DNA of 35,560 bases. It comes from Methylotenera sp. (GTDB lineage Bacteria; Pseudomonadota; Gammaproteobacteria; Burkholderiales; Methylophilaceae). The position numbers and the translations under genes are program-made. Under the pieces are notes generated by a model. That model did not search any database. It was not told the DNA's origin and saw only the letters and a list, made by a program, of their open reading frames with translations. The stretch is from positions 1 through 35,560 of the forward strand of contig JAYTRW010000270.1 in assembly GCA_043745985.1 (NCBI GenBank), given 5' to 3'. Below are positions 13,093-23,345 of the stretch, one piece after another. The number at the start of each line of letters is the position of its first letter. Position 1 is the first letter of the stretch.

Positions 13093-13118
13093 AAAAAAGG
13101 GGCTCTTAAGCCCCTTTT
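13093..13118 (-). terminator. Terminator/attenuator between rpsB and tsf
   Basis: AAAAGGGGCT-4 nt loop-AGCCCCTTTT hairpin with a T6 run on the minus strand, just after the rpsB stop. An analogous intergenic attenuator is known in E. coli rpsB-tsf. Confidence 0.8.
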
Positions 13119-13131
13119 AAGATGTAACTAG

Positions 13132-13878
13132 TTAAGCGGCTGCAACTTCAGCAACTTCCGCAGTCTCTTCACTTGCTGATTTAACAAGCTCAGTAATCAC
13201 AGAGTTACGGCCTTCTAATACGGCATCAGCAATACCACGAGCATATAAGCGAATTGCACGGCTTGAGTCATCGTTACCTGGAATTACAAAAGCAACGCCA
13301 TCAGGTGAGTTGTTTGTATCAACAATACCAATCACTGGAATGCCTAATTTAGCCGCTTCAGTAATTGCACCGCTTTCATGACCAACGTCAATGATGAAAA
13401 TAGCATCTGGCAAACCGCCCATTTCTTTAATACCGCCAATTGAACGCTCTAATTTTTCAATTTCACGCTTGTAGCCTAGCGCTTCTTTTTTACCGAATTT
13501 TTCCAAGCTACCATCTGCCAACATCACTTCAAAGTCATGAAGACGTTTAATAGACTGTTTAACAGTTTTAAAGTTTGTCAACATACCACCCAGCCAACGG
13601 TGATTTACATAAGCACAACCAGCACGGCTAGCTTCTTCTTTAACGATGTCGCGCGCTTGACGCTTTGTACCAACGAATAAGATACGACCTTTGTTTGCAG
13701 CCAATGTACGCACGTGTTTAAGTGCGTCTTCAAACATTGGTAATGTTTTTTCAAGGTTAACAATATGGATTTTGTTGCGATCACCGAAAATGAACGGTGC
13801 CATTTTTGGGTTCCAGTAACGGGTTTGATGGCCGAAGTGAACGCCGGCTTCCAACATATCACGCATAGTGACTGACAT
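13132..13878 (-). CDS. rpsB: 30S ribosomal protein S2
   Basis: [25 protein letters not shown] and PGNDD motifs. Confidence 0.99.
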   Translation of the reverse strand: MSVTMRDMLEAGVHFGHQTRYWNPKMAPFIFGDRNKIHIVNLEKTLPMFEDALKHVRTLAANKGRILFVGTKRQARDIVKEEASRAGCAYVNHRWLGGMLTNFKTVKQSIKRLHDFEVMLADGSLEKFGKKEALGYKREIEKLERSIGGIKEMGGLPDAIFIIDVGHESGAITEAAKLGIPVIGIVDTNNSPDGVAFVIPGNDDSSRAIRLYARGIADAVLEGRNSVITELVKSASEETAEVAEVAAA

Positions 13879-13889
13879 AATAATTCTCT

Positions 13890-14000
13890 TTTCAAAAGGG
13901 TTATATATTCACACAACTCCAAAAACACCTTAATTAACAAGCGATTGCTTTAAAGTAACCGTAAAATTTTAGGCACCCTTGATTGGGTTGTATGTAAATT
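13890..14000 (-). promoter_or_regulatory. rpsB 5' leader (S2 autoregulatory / t44-like structured RNA)
   Basis: On the minus strand, CAUACAAC (13994-13987) can pair with GUUGUGUG (13917-13910). GGGUGCC (13978-13972) and a downstream UAACCC (13903-13898) are present, resembling the conserved GGGU/ACCC elements of proteobacterial rpsB leaders. Confidence 0.65.
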
Positions 14001-14063
14001 TTAAAACTGCATTTTAAACATTACATTTTTGCAAATGCATTTCTGCCAAATTGCAGAGGGAAA

Positions 14064-14072
14064 ATAATACCA
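14064..14072 (-). promoter_or_regulatory. Extended -10 promoter of rpsB (TG-G-TATTAT)
   Basis: TGGTATTAT on the minus strand upstream of the leader. rpsB promoters are typically of the extended -10 type. Confidence 0.55.
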
Positions 14073-14274
14073 CTAAGCATATGAGTTTACTAGCTTATTC
14101 CTACACTTTATTCAATATGAAATAAGACTTAATCTAATAAACCTGAATTCTGTGGAGTGACATTTCAATTATAAATGCAGCAATTGCAAGGTAAGCACTG
14201 TTTTTGCAGCTCTTTTTGTCGCATATGAAATGGGTTAACTAGGATATGTTACGAAGTTACTGAAGGAGATTGAA

Positions 14275-15126
14275 ATGACATCAACACCCCAAGAGCTTGC
14301 CTCAAAAGACATCCATATTTGGATTAACTTTATTCGGAGCGCAGAAATCCCAGTTCTTAAGCATACCGCACGAGAAGTCGCACGCCTAAAAGAAGATGAG
14401 GATAACATAAGCGCACGCGCCATTTCTACCGCCGTTCTTAATGACCCAATGATGGTATTTAAAGTATTAAGCTTTTCCCAAAATCATAGAGGTAAAAAAC
14501 AGCTGCAAGATTTAGTTCAGGCTGACCAAGCGATATTAATGATGGGGACAACGTCGTTTTTCACAAATCTATCGCCTAAAATTTTAGTTGAAGATATGCT
14601 AAAAACCAACCTCCCAGCTTTAATGCATCTACTCAAGTTAGTGCGTCGCGCGCATCAAGCCGCTCACTTTGCTGCGGACTGGGCTACACATTTAGCCGAT
14701 TTACATGCCGAAGAAGTACGCACTGCAGCATTGCTACATGATTTATCTGAAATGCTGATGTGGTGTTTTGCACCAGATAAAATGAATATCATATATGCCA
14801 TGCAACAAGCAGATAAATCACTACGCAGCGCAGCAGCGCAAGAAGTGGTGCTAGGCTTTAAATTGTTAGAACTACAAAAAGAGCTAGTCGAAGCATTTCA
14901 ACTGCCGCCACTTCTTTCCAAACTCATGCAGGATAGCGCATCAAGCGAGCAACGCGTGCGCAACGTCACGCTAGCCGTGAATCTTGCACGTCACGCCGCT
15001 AACGGTTGGGATGATGCCGCCTTGCCAGATGATTACAGTGATATTGCCGAACTTTTACGCATGGATGTTGCTAAAGTAATAAGGATTGTTGGCGCACCTA
15101 CTATTGCCGCTTCAAACATTCCGTAG
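14275..15126 (+). CDS. HDOD-domain signal-transduction protein
   Basis: IPVL...ISTAVLNDP...AILMMG...AALLHDLSEMLM follows the HDOD pattern; AAGGAG RBS. Confidence 0.85.
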   Translation: MTSTPQELASKDIHIWINFIRSAEIPVLKHTAREVARLKEDEDNISARAISTAVLNDPMMVFKVLSFSQNHRGKKQLQDLVQADQAILMMGTTSFFTNLSPKILVEDMLKTNLPALMHLLKLVRRAHQAAHFAADWATHLADLHAEEVRTAALLHDLSEMLMWCFAPDKMNIIYAMQQADKSLRSAAAQEVVLGFKLLELQKELVEAFQLPPLLSKLMQDSASSEQRVRNVTLAVNLARHAANGWDDAALPDDYSDIAELLRMDVAKVIRIVGAPTIAASNIP

Positions 15127-15162
15127 ACATTAGTTAGAAATTAAAATTATGAATAATTGCTA

Positions 15163-15171
15163 TGCTAAAAT
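15163..15171 (+). promoter_or_regulatory. Possible extended -10 promoter for map-glnD (TG-C-TAAAAT)
   Basis: Located about 30 nt upstream of the map ATG, in the intergenic region. Confidence 0.4.
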
Positions 15172-15200
15172 AGGATTAATATTCACAAGTTAGCAAGTTC

Positions 15201-16028
15201 ATGGCAATCTCAATCAAAAATCAGCAAGATATAGAAAAAATGCGCATTGCAGGCAAGCTTGCCTCTGAAGTGCTCGATTTTATTATCCCGCATGTTGTAC
15301 ACGGCGTGACTACAGAGCAATTAGATAAACTCTGTCACGATTATATTGTTGACGTACAACAAGCCATCCCAGCACCACTTAATTATGCGCCTGACGGACA
15401 TAGACCTTACCCTAAGTCGATTTGCACTTCGATTAACCAACAAATCTGCCATGGCGTGCCTAGCGATAAAGCACTTAAGAATGGTGATATTGTCAATATT
15501 GACATCACCGTGATTAAAGATGGTTACCACGGCGATACGAGCCGCATGTTTTATGTGGGCGAAGTTACCAGCCAAGCCAAGCGCTTATGTGAAATCACTT
15601 ACCAAGCCATGTGGCTAGGCATCAGCAAGGTTAAACCAAGCGCAACCTTAGGTGATATTGGTTTTGCCATTCAAACGTTTGCCGAGAAAAGTGGCTATAG
15701 CGTAGTGCGTGAGTTTTGCGGGCACGGAATTGGTAAGGTATTTCATGAAGACCCTCAAGTACTGCATTACGGCAAACCAGGTATGGGTGTAGTACTTAAA
15801 ACTGGCATGATGTTTACCATTGAGCCGATGATTAATGCGGGCAAGCGTGAAATTAAACACATGCCAGACGGCTGGACTATCGTCACTAAAGATCGCAGCC
15901 TATCTGCACAATGGGAACATACGATTTTAGTGACTGAAACAGGCTATGAAGTGATGACCTTATCTAGCGGCTCACCAGCAATCCCAGAGTTCGTACAAAA
16001 ACTAGAGTCTTCTCAAAAGCCAACCTAA
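15201..16028 (+). CDS. map: Methionine aminopeptidase type I
   Basis: CHGVP, NIDIT, GDTSR, FCGHGIG..FHE, TIEPM and QWEHT metal-ligand motifs. Confidence 0.98.
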   Translation: MAISIKNQQDIEKMRIAGKLASEVLDFIIPHVVHGVTTEQLDKLCHDYIVDVQQAIPAPLNYAPDGHRPYPKSICTSINQQICHGVPSDKALKNGDIVNIDITVIKDGYHGDTSRMFYVGEVTSQAKRLCEITYQAMWLGISKVKPSATLGDIGFAIQTFAEKSGYSVVREFCGHGIGKVFHEDPQVLHYGKPGMGVVLKTGMMFTIEPMINAGKREIKHMPDGWTIVTKDRSLSAQWEHTILVTETGYEVMTLSSGSPAIPEFVQKLESSQKPT

Positions 16029-16032
16029 CAAA

Positions 16033-18684
16033 ATGTTGTTGGATGATCTGAACAGTCGAGTTAATACGGGAGGTCAGCCTGAAAAGAGCAATATTGCGAC
16101 GCTGAGGCAATATTTGAAAGATGGCTTTCTAGCGCTAAAAACTGATTTCTTAAAGGCGCCTAATAACACTCGGCTGTTTAAGCAACACTGCAAGCTGATT
16201 GACCGATTACTCGTCAACATCTGGGAGCAAGCAAACATTGACCAGCGTTGCTGTTTAATTGCAGTGGGCGGTTATGGTCGCGGTGAACTTTACCCCTACT
16301 CTGACATTGACTTACTTATATTATTACCCGAGTCTGATGATCCACAAGCTAATGCTAGCATCAACACCAAGCTTGAAGCGCTGGTAGGTTTATTGTGGGA
16401 TATTGGCTTAAATGTCGGCCATAGCGTACGCAACTTAAGCGAATGTATCCACGAAGCAGAAAAAGATATTACGGTAGAAACTAATTTAATCGAATCTAGA
16501 TTAATTACAGGTGAGGCTAATTTCTATCAGAAGTTTTTAGATGAAATTAATCAAACGCTCAGCAGTCCAGCTGCAATTGCCAGTTTCTTTGCCGCTAAGC
16601 TAAAAGAGCAAAACAATCGCCATGCGAAATTTAACGACACCGCCTATAATTTAGAGCCCAACATTAAAGAAAGTCCTGGCGGGCTACGCGACTTACATAT
16701 GATAATGTGGATTACGCATAGCTTAAACATGGCCAATGCACGTCCATCAGCCCCTAAGAACATTTGGGCCCTACTCACCGAGCAAAACATTATTTCAGCG
16801 CTCGAGGCTCGACAAATTCAGCAACATCAAAGCAATTTACAACTACTTCGCATACGCTTGCATTTCATCAGCAAACGACGCGAAGATCGCTTACTGTTTG
16901 ACTTCCAAAACGAATTAGCTGATTCGCTAGGTTACGTAAATACATCACGCAAACGCGCCAGCGAGCAACTGATGCAAAGTTATTATCGCAGCGTAAAATT
17001 CGTTAGTCTGATGAACGAAGTGTTGCTCAAGTCTTTTCAGCAAATTATTGCTGTTAATCCGCCAGTCATAAAATCAATTAACGCTCACTTTGAATCGCAT
17101 GACCAATTATTAGAAGCTAAAACAGCAGGATTACTGCAACAACAGCCTTCAGCAATTTTTGAAGCCTTTCTCTTATTACAACAACATCCAGAACTCGATG
17201 GGATGGGTGCGACATTATTGCGCAACATGCAAAGAGTTAAGCGCTTAGTTAACCGTGATTTCAGACAAAGTCTCGTCAATAAAAAACTATTCATTGACAT
17301 CATCTCGCAGCCAAGTGGCGTCAATCATGCACTTCGCGCAATGAATCGTTATGGTATTTTAGGTAGTTATATTCCAGCATTCGGCAAAATTATTGGTCAA
17401 ATGCAGCATGACTTATTCCACGTATACACCGTAGATGAGCACATCCTAAACGTATTAGCTAACCTACGCCGCTTTGCTAAGCCAGAGCTTAAACATGAGT
17501 TTCCATTATGCAGTAGATTATTTGCAGAGTTTGACGCACCGCATTTATTATATTTAGCAGCTCTATTTCACGACATTGCAAAAGGCCGCGGTGGCGATCA
17601 CTCGACACTTGGCACGGTTGATGCGATTAAATTTTGCAAACTACACGGACTTTCTAAAGCTGATAGCACATTTGTTGCATGGCTGGTAGCCGCACATTTG
17701 CAAATGTCCTCTACAGCACAAAAGTCGGACTTATCTGACCCTAGCGTGATCGAAACATTTTCACGCTTTGTTCAAAATGAGCGTCGACTGATAGCACTAT
17801 ATTTACTTACCGTTGCCGATATTCGAGGCACAAGCCCATTAGTATGGAATGCATGGAAAGCAAGGTTACTGGAAAGCCTATTCAACGCCACCAAGCACGC
17901 ATTAGCTAACCAATTGCTCTATGTTCAACAAGCCATTACAACGCGCAAATCAGAAGCCACAGAGCGACTAAACAAGTTTGGCTTAAGCAAACACTCCTAT
18001 GAACATTTATGGGAAAAATTTGGTTCCAACTACTTTATTCGACATGAAAGTGATGAAATCGCTTGGCATAGCCGCCTTCTAACGCCACATCTCAATACCA
18101 CACACGCCATAGTTCGTGCCAGATTAAGTCCTAGCGGTGACGGTATTCAGGTAATGATTTACAGCAAAGATCAAAATGACTTATTCGCTAGAATATGTAA
18201 CTTTTTTGATCGCATGGCCTATAACATTGTTGAGGCAAAGATTTACACCACTGATCACGCCTATGCATTAGATAGCTTTATTGTTTTAGATCAATCAAGT
18301 AAGTCTGTAAGTTACAGTGGTTTATTAAAGTTTATTGAAGTGGAACTTGCTCAAAAGATTGATAAAACCCAACCACTAGAATCACCACTTAAGGGCCGTA
18401 TAAGCCGCCAAGTTAAGCATATGCCTATATTAGCGCAAGTCACTATTACACAAGAAGCAGACAACAATAACCATAAACTAGAAATAATCGCCAACGACCG
18501 CACAGGCTTACTAGCGACATTGGCGCATCAGTTTTTAGTGCTAGAGGTGGAGCTACATAATGCAAAAATTAACACATTAGGTAATCGCGCTGAAGACACA
18601 TTCTTAATTTCTGCGAATAAAGGCCAAAAACTTGATACTTTGCGCATCATCGCGCTGAAAGAAGCTATTATTTCAGAAATTTAA
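16033..18684 (+). CDS. glnD: [Protein-PII] uridylyltransferase / uridylyl-removing enzyme
   Basis: AVGGYGRGEL.PYSDIDL nucleotidyltransferase motif, KESPGGLRD, HD domain (YTVDEH, FHDIAKGRGGDHS), two C-terminal ACT domains; follows map. Confidence 0.97.
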   Translation: MLLDDLNSRVNTGGQPEKSNIATLRQYLKDGFLALKTDFLKAPNNTRLFKQHCKLIDRLLVNIWEQANIDQRCCLIAVGGYGRGELYPYSDIDLLILLPESDDPQANASINTKLEALVGLLWDIGLNVGHSVRNLSECIHEAEKDITVETNLIESRLITGEANFYQKFLDEINQTLSSPAAIASFFAAKLKEQNNRHAKFNDTAYNLEPNIKESPGGLRDLHMIMWITHSLNMANARPSAPKNIWALLTEQNIISALEARQIQQHQSNLQLLRIRLHFISKRREDRLLFDFQNELADSLGYVNTSRKRASEQLMQSYYRSVKFVSLMNEVLLKSFQQIIAVNPPVIKSINAHFESHDQLLEAKTAGLLQQQPSAIFEAFLLLQQHPELDGMGATLLRNMQRVKRLVNRDFRQSLVNKKLFIDIISQPSGVNHALRAMNRYGILGSYIPAFGKIIGQMQHDLFHVYTVDEHILNVLANLRRFAKPELKHEFPLCSRLFAEFDAPHLLYLAALFHDIAKGRGGDHSTLGTVDAIKFCKLHGLSKADSTFVAWLVAAHLQMSSTAQKSDLSDPSVIETFSRFVQNERRLIALYLLTVADIRGTSPLVWNAWKARLLESLFNATKHALANQLLYVQQAITTRKSEATERLNKFGLSKHSYEHLWEKFGSNYFIRHESDEIAWHSRLLTPHLNTTHAIVRARLSPSGDGIQVMIYSKDQNDLFARICNFFDRMAYNIVEAKIYTTDHAYALDSFIVLDQSSKSVSYSGLLKFIEVELAQKIDKTQPLESPLKGRISRQVKHMPILAQVTITQEADNNNHKLEIIANDRTGLLATLAHQFLVLEVELHNAKINTLGNRAEDTFLISANKGQKLDTLRIIALKEAIISEI

Positions 18685-18728
18685 CTTCAAATAGTTGGTA
18701 GCCAATCTAGAAGACCAAGTATTTAAGC

Positions 18729-18764
18729 AATAAAAAAGCCTTGAATCATCAAGGCTTTTTTATT
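18729..18764. terminator. Bidirectional intrinsic terminator between convergent glnD and the cupin gene
   Basis: Perfect inverted repeat AATAAAAAAGCCTTGA-ATCA-TCAAGGCTTTTTTATT with T-runs on both strands. Confidence 0.9.
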
Positions 18765-18784
18765 TAACGCTCAGCAAGTGACGA

Positions 18785-19063
18785 CTATGAGTGTTTGTAG
18801 TGTTTTTTCAATTGTTTAGTGACTTCCCAGTTTGATTTCAAACCTTTTGGAAACACAACAAAGTCACCCGCTTTAACTACAACAGTTTCGCCACCAACTG
18901 GAGTAACGTGAATTTCACCTTCAAGCAAGTAAGCGCTTTCAGTTGCAGAATCAAAATTCAATGGAAATTTAGACGGTGCGCAATCCCAGATAGACCAGCT
19001 AGAAACGCCTAGTTCTTTTAATTTAGCTTCAGATGGGTTATGGTCAATGATAATTTGAGTCAT
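18785..19063 (-). CDS. Small cupin (DUF861/Cupin_3, EutQ-like)
   Basis: W.IWDC.PSKF, E.AYLLEG, GDFVVFPKG...W and KHY pattern; AGGA RBS. Confidence 0.85.
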   Translation of the reverse strand: MTQIIIDHNPSEAKLKELGVSSWSIWDCAPSKFPLNFDSATESAYLLEGEIHVTPVGGETVVVKAGDFVVFPKGLKSNWEVTKQLKKHYKHS

Positions 19064-19100
19064 TTTTTAGTCCTATATAAAATGGTTTGATTTAAAAACA

Positions 19101-19121
19101 AATGCCGCATTATGCGGCATT
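19101..19121 (-). terminator. Hairpin upstream of the cupin gene; possible terminator of the betBA-TRIC transcript
   Basis: Inverted repeat AATGCCGCAT-T-ATGCGGCATT, followed on the minus strand by TGTTTTT. Confidence 0.45.
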
Positions 19122-19322
19122 AAAAAATTTGGCGAAAACTGCTATTCAACGCCTCCTAAATTGCAACAAAAATGCATTTGTCACGACAATATCGCGTAAT
19201 TATAACAACCAACGCAATTATCGTCAAAACTAATGGAAATTAAATTGACATTGATTCTTAATAAAATACTGCTCACTCTGTCGCCATTAGATACTTTTTG
19301 TTCTTTTACCTAACAAATGGAT

Positions 19323-19946
19323 TTAAAAAGGTAATTTAAGGCGATACTTTATTGAGGTTATTCTTAGTGCAGTTGTAAAAGCAATTGCGACTAGCGTGCT
19401 AGGCAGTTCATCTATACCTAAATATAGACATATTAAAAATACCGCGCTACCTAGTGCGGCGCATGTCGCGTAAAGCTCGTTGCGACGAAAAACATTGGGG
19501 ATTTCATTGCAAATAATATCGCGAATAATTCCGCCAAATACGCCTGTGACTACACCCAGCAACATTGAGATATAAAAATCACAACCTACTTGGTGGGCCA
19601 TACTGGCGCCTATTGTGCTAAATAAGCCAAGACCAAGTGCATCTAATGTGTCAAAAATTTTGGTAACAGTTGGGTTTTCATAAAAGTTGATCGAAAGCGG
19701 CGCGGCAGCTATTGCAAAACCCAGCAGCATTAAAGCGTAACCTGAGTGTTGCACCCAGTATAGTGGGTAATGCCCTATCATCAGATCTCGCATAGTTCCA
19801 CCACCAAAGGCAGTAATCATGCTCACGGTATAAACACCGATCAAATCCATCCCTTTTTTGCGCGCTTCTATAATTCCAGTAAATGCAAACGCTAGTACAC
19901 CGAGCAGCTCAACTAAAGCTAACACATTAATTTGGGAGAAAATCAC
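19323..19946 (-). CDS. UPF0126/TRIC (YadS-like) membrane protein, putative glycine-related transporter
   Basis: Two internal repeats (AFAFTG...MDLIG...TAFGGGTMRDL; DALGLGLF...TGVFGGIIRDI); about 7 hydrophobic segments; GTG start 9 nt after the betA stop. Confidence 0.9.
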   Translation of the reverse strand: MIFSQINVLALVELLGVLAFAFTGIIEARKKGMDLIGVYTVSMITAFGGGTMRDLMIGHYPLYWVQHSGYALMLLGFAIAAAPLSINFYENPTVTKIFDTLDALGLGLFSTIGASMAHQVGCDFYISMLLGVVTGVFGGIIRDIICNEIPNVFRRNELYATCAALGSAVFLICLYLGIDELPSTLVAIAFTTALRITSIKYRLKLPF

Positions 19947-19955
19947 TTAATATTT

Positions 19956-21641
19956 TTATGTGTTTGAAGCTGCATCAACATTGCGATGAAGTGGATGAAT
20001 AAACACTGGTACTACTTTCGCAGAAAGTGGTTTAAGACCACGAATATGGTCTGATATTTTTTCTGCCATCATAATCGTAGGTGCGTTTAAATTACCAGTG
20101 ACAATTTCAGGCATGATAGACGCATCTACCACACGCAGATTTTGTAGGCCATGCACGTGACCTTCTGCATCCACTACAGCCATTTCATCATAACCCATCG
20201 CACATGAGCAAGATGGGTGATACGCTGTTTCACCATGTTGACGAACGAATGCATCTATTTCCGCATCGGTCTGTACGTTTTCACCTGGTGAAATTTCTCG
20301 GCCGACATAAGGCGCTAGCGCAGCTTGTTTCATGATGTTGCGCGTGATGCGCACACCTGCACGAAGCTCTCTTTTATCTTGCTCGGTAGACATGTAATTA
20401 AACTGGATGCTTGGATACTCAAGTGGATCTTTCGAGCGTATTTGCACGCGCCCACGGCTAGGGGAGCGCATGGAGCCCATATGTGCCTGAAAACTGTGAA
20501 TTTTAATTGGATTGCTGCCATCGTAATTAATAGCCACTGGCAGAAAATGATATTGAATATTGGGCCAAGTGAAACTATCATCACTACGAATAAAACCACC
20601 CGCTTCAAACTGATTGCTCGCGCCAATACCGGTGCCTAAAAATAGCCATTCCGCACCAATTAAGGGCTGATTGTATAGTTTTAGCGCTGGTGCTAATGAC
20701 ACTGGCTTTTTGCATTCGTATTGTTGATAAATTTCCATATGGTCTTGCAAGTTTGCACCAACTCCGGGCAAATCATGCACCAAAGGAATATCTAAATCAC
20801 GTAATAATGCTGCTGGGCCAACGCCTGAGCGCTGCAATATTGGTGGCGATGCTATGGCGCCAGCACATAACAAGACTTCACGCTTGGCATTGGCTTGTTG
20901 CGGCTTGCCATTATGCAAGTAAGCCACCCCTGATGCGCGCTTACCTGTAAACAAAATACGATCAGTCAGTGCATGCGTAATGATAGTGAGATTTTTACGG
21001 TCGCGCGTTTGGTCTAAATAGCCACGTGCAGTGCTAGAGCGCCTACCTTGTGGTGTGGTTGTGCGATCCATTGGGCCGAAGCCTTCTTGCTGGAAGCCGT
21101 TTAAGTCTTCAGTACGCGGATAGCCCGCCTGCACACCAGCTTCAACCATCGCTGTATACAGTACGTTATTGCCGCGTTTTGGCGTAGTAACGCTTACAGG
21201 ACCCGTACCACCATGATAATCATTAGGGCCAATATCTCTTGTTTCAGCTTTCTTAAAGTAGGGTAAACAGTCGAAATAAGACCAATTTTCTAAGCCCCTA
21301 CGTTTCGCCCATCCATCATAATCTAAAGCATTACCACGGATATAACACATGCCATTAATCAAAGAGGAACCGCCTAAGCCTTTACCGCGACCACATGAAA
21401 TTCGTCGGTTATTCATATGCGGCTCTGGCTCGGTTTCATAAGCCCAGTTATATCGCCTACCTTGTATTGGATAAGCCAAGGCGGCGGGCATTTGCGTACG
21501 AAAATCCAGGCGGTAGTCAGGTCCGCCTGCTTCTAGCAAGAGCACTGTTACATCAGCATCTTCGGTCAGGCGCGTTGCTAACACATTACCTGCAGAGCCC
21601 GCTCCTATAATGATATAATCGAATTCTATATTTTTACCCAT
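19956..21641 (-). CDS. betA: Choline dehydrogenase (GMC oxidoreductase)
   Basis: [33 protein letters not shown] and [13 protein letters not shown] motifs. Probable start is ATG 21641, after an AAGGA RBS. Confidence 0.96.
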   Translation of the reverse strand: MGKNIEFDYIIIGAGSAGNVLATRLTEDADVTVLLLEAGGPDYRLDFRTQMPAALAYPIQGRRYNWAYETEPEPHMNNRRISCGRGKGLGGSSLINGMCYIRGNALDYDGWAKRRGLENWSYFDCLPYFKKAETRDIGPNDYHGGTGPVSVTTPKRGNNVLYTAMVEAGVQAGYPRTEDLNGFQQEGFGPMDRTTTPQGRRSSTARGYLDQTRDRKNLTIITHALTDRILFTGKRASGVAYLHNGKPQQANAKREVLLCAGAIASPPILQRSGVGPAALLRDLDIPLVHDLPGVGANLQDHMEIYQQYECKKPVSLAPALKLYNQPLIGAEWLFLGTGIGASNQFEAGGFIRSDDSFTWPNIQYHFLPVAINYDGSNPIKIHSFQAHMGSMRSPSRGRVQIRSKDPLEYPSIQFNYMSTEQDKRELRAGVRITRNIMKQAALAPYVGREISPGENVQTDAEIDAFVRQHGETAYHPSCSCAMGYDEMAVVDAEGHVHGLQNLRVVDASIMPEIVTGNLNAPTIMMAEKISDHIRGLKPLSAKVVPVFIHPLHRNVDAASNT

Positions 21642-21701
21642 GACTTTCCTTAAAGACCATACCTTCAATCAATAGACTTAAAATAATCTGGCAATCAATC
21701 G

Positions 21702-23174
21702 CTAAAACACAGACGTATAATTACCCAACTCAACTTGAATCGATTTCACTCGCGTGTAGCTTTGTAGCGTCATTAAGCCATTCTCGCGCCCTACTCCAGA
21801 CTGTTTATAGCCACCAACTGGCATTTCAGCAGGTGACTCGCCCCATGTATTAATCCAGCAAATACCTGCCTGAAGCTGATGAATGACACGGTGCGCACGA
21901 CTGATATTTTCTGTAATTAAACCTGCAGCAAGACCATATTCAGTATCGTTAGCACGACGAATCACTTCATCTTCATCGTCATAAACAAGGATGCTCATCA
22001 CTGGACCAAAAATTTCTTCACGTACAATCGTCATATCATCCGTACAATCGGCAAATACGGTTGGCTGTACATAAGCGCCATTAGCATAATCGCCGCTAAG
22101 CTCGCGCTTTCCACCAGCTAATAAACGCGCACCTTCTTTGATACCTGAATCAATATAATGCAACACGTTTTGCATGTGAGACTGGCTAACTAGTGGGCCA
22201 AAGTTAGTATGTTCATCTTGTGGATTGCCAAGGCGGATGCGCGCAACACGCTCAACAATTTTTTGCTCGAACTCTTGAATGTTAGAGCGATGAACAAAGA
22301 CGCGAGTGCCATTGGTACACACTTGGCCAGAACTGTAGAAATTCGCCATCATTGCCACGTCTGCGGCTTTATCCATATTGGCATCCGAGAAAATAATCAA
22401 AGGTGATTTTCCACCAAGCTCCATCGTCACCTCTTTTAAGGTTGAGCTTGAAGCACTCGCCATGACTTTCTTACCTGTAACCGTGCCGCCAGTGAATGAT
22501 ATTTTTTCAATGCCAGCATGTGCCGTTAACCATGCACCTACTTCACCACCGCTACCGTTCAGTACATTAAATACGCCATCTGGCAACCCAGCTTCAGTAT
22601 AAATTTCAGCTAATTTCAAGGTGCTTAATGGCGTAACTTCGCTGGGTTTAAAAATCATTGCATTGCCAGCAGCTAAAGCTGGCGCTGATTTCCACAATGC
22701 GATTTGAATAGGGTAATTCCAAGCGCCAATACCAGCCACCACACCCAGCGGCTCTCTACGCGTATAAGCAAAAGCACTTTCGCGTAATGGAATTTGTTGG
22801 CCTTCAAGCGCTGGTACTAATCCAGCGTAATACTCAAGTACATCAGCACCTGTGACGATATCGACATAACGCGTTTCAGAAAGTGGCTTGCCAGTATCTA
22901 AAGTTTCCAACTCTGCAAGCTCATCATTACGCTCACGCAAAATTTCTACCGCCCGTCGTAAAATACGGGAACGCTGCATTGCCGTCATCGCCGACCAAAC
23001 ACGCTGGCCTTGATTGGCACTGGCAACAGCAGCATCCACATCAGCTTCCGAGGCAACCTGCACGTCAGCCAACACTTCACCATTGGCTGGGTTAATGGTC
23101 TGGAAGGTTTTGCCGCTAGTCGCTGCGACCTGCTTACCACCTATGTAAAGTTGCTGTAATTTGAAACCTGGCAA
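21702..23174 (-). CDS. betB: Betaine aldehyde dehydrogenase
   Basis: [32 protein letters not shown] and EEIFGP motifs. TTG start with a GGAG RBS; adjacent to betA. Confidence 0.96.
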   Translation of the reverse strand: MPGFKLQQLYIGGKQVAATSGKTFQTINPANGEVLADVQVASEADVDAAVASANQGQRVWSAMTAMQRSRILRRAVEILRERNDELAELETLDTGKPLSETRYVDIVTGADVLEYYAGLVPALEGQQIPLRESAFAYTRREPLGVVAGIGAWNYPIQIALWKSAPALAAGNAMIFKPSEVTPLSTLKLAEIYTEAGLPDGVFNVLNGSGGEVGAWLTAHAGIEKISFTGGTVTGKKVMASASSSTLKEVTMELGGKSPLIIFSDANMDKAADVAMMANFYSSGQVCTNGTRVFVHRSNIQEFEQKIVERVARIRLGNPQDEHTNFGPLVSQSHMQNVLHYIDSGIKEGARLLAGGKRELSGDYANGAYVQPTVFADCTDDMTIVREEIFGPVMSILVYDDEDEVIRRANDTEYGLAAGLITENISRAHRVIHQLQAGICWINTWGESPAEMPVGGYKQSGVGRENGLMTLQSYTRVKSIQVELGNYTSVF

Positions 23175-23211
23175 AATGGCTCTCCAAACTAAAATTAATG
23201 AATATTAGGCA

Positions 23212-23275
23212 ATAGTAAGAGTCTAGAGAACTAAGCACCACTTAAATTACGACTTAAATTTAATCAAAACCGACT
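23212..23275 (-). promoter_or_regulatory. Putative GbdR-type tandem operator and -10 for betBA
   Basis: AGTCGG-N8-AA (23275) and AGTCGTAATT (23254) are exactly 21 bp apart. TACTAT -10 at 23217-23212. Confidence 0.7.
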
Positions 23276-23291
23276 GATACTAAACAAAATT

Positions 23292-23318
23292 AAAAAGGAC
23301 GCCTACGCGTCCTTTTTT
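23292..23318 (-). terminator. Intrinsic terminator after the porin gene
   Basis: AAAAAGGACGC-4 nt loop-GCGTCCTTTTT hairpin, with T-runs in both directions. Confidence 0.85.
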
Positions 23319-23345
23319 ACTTCAACTAAATTTACTGAAGAGTTC

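Noticed and set aside
14217-14232. TGTCGC upstream of the HDOD gene, resembling the operator half-site
   Set aside because: No N8-AA, no 21-bp partner, and it lies outside the cluster.
19120-19157. AGGAGG followed by a 9-codon TTG mini-ORF (MNSSFRQIF) ending at the hairpin upstream of the cupin
   Set aside because: SD-to-start spacing is only 2 nt, the start codon is weak, and there is no regulatory codon run. Probably chance.
18685-19322. Possible genomic-island junction or att site
   Set aside because: No tRNA, integrase, IS ends or direct repeat is visible, and I saw no obvious compositional break by eye (not computed).
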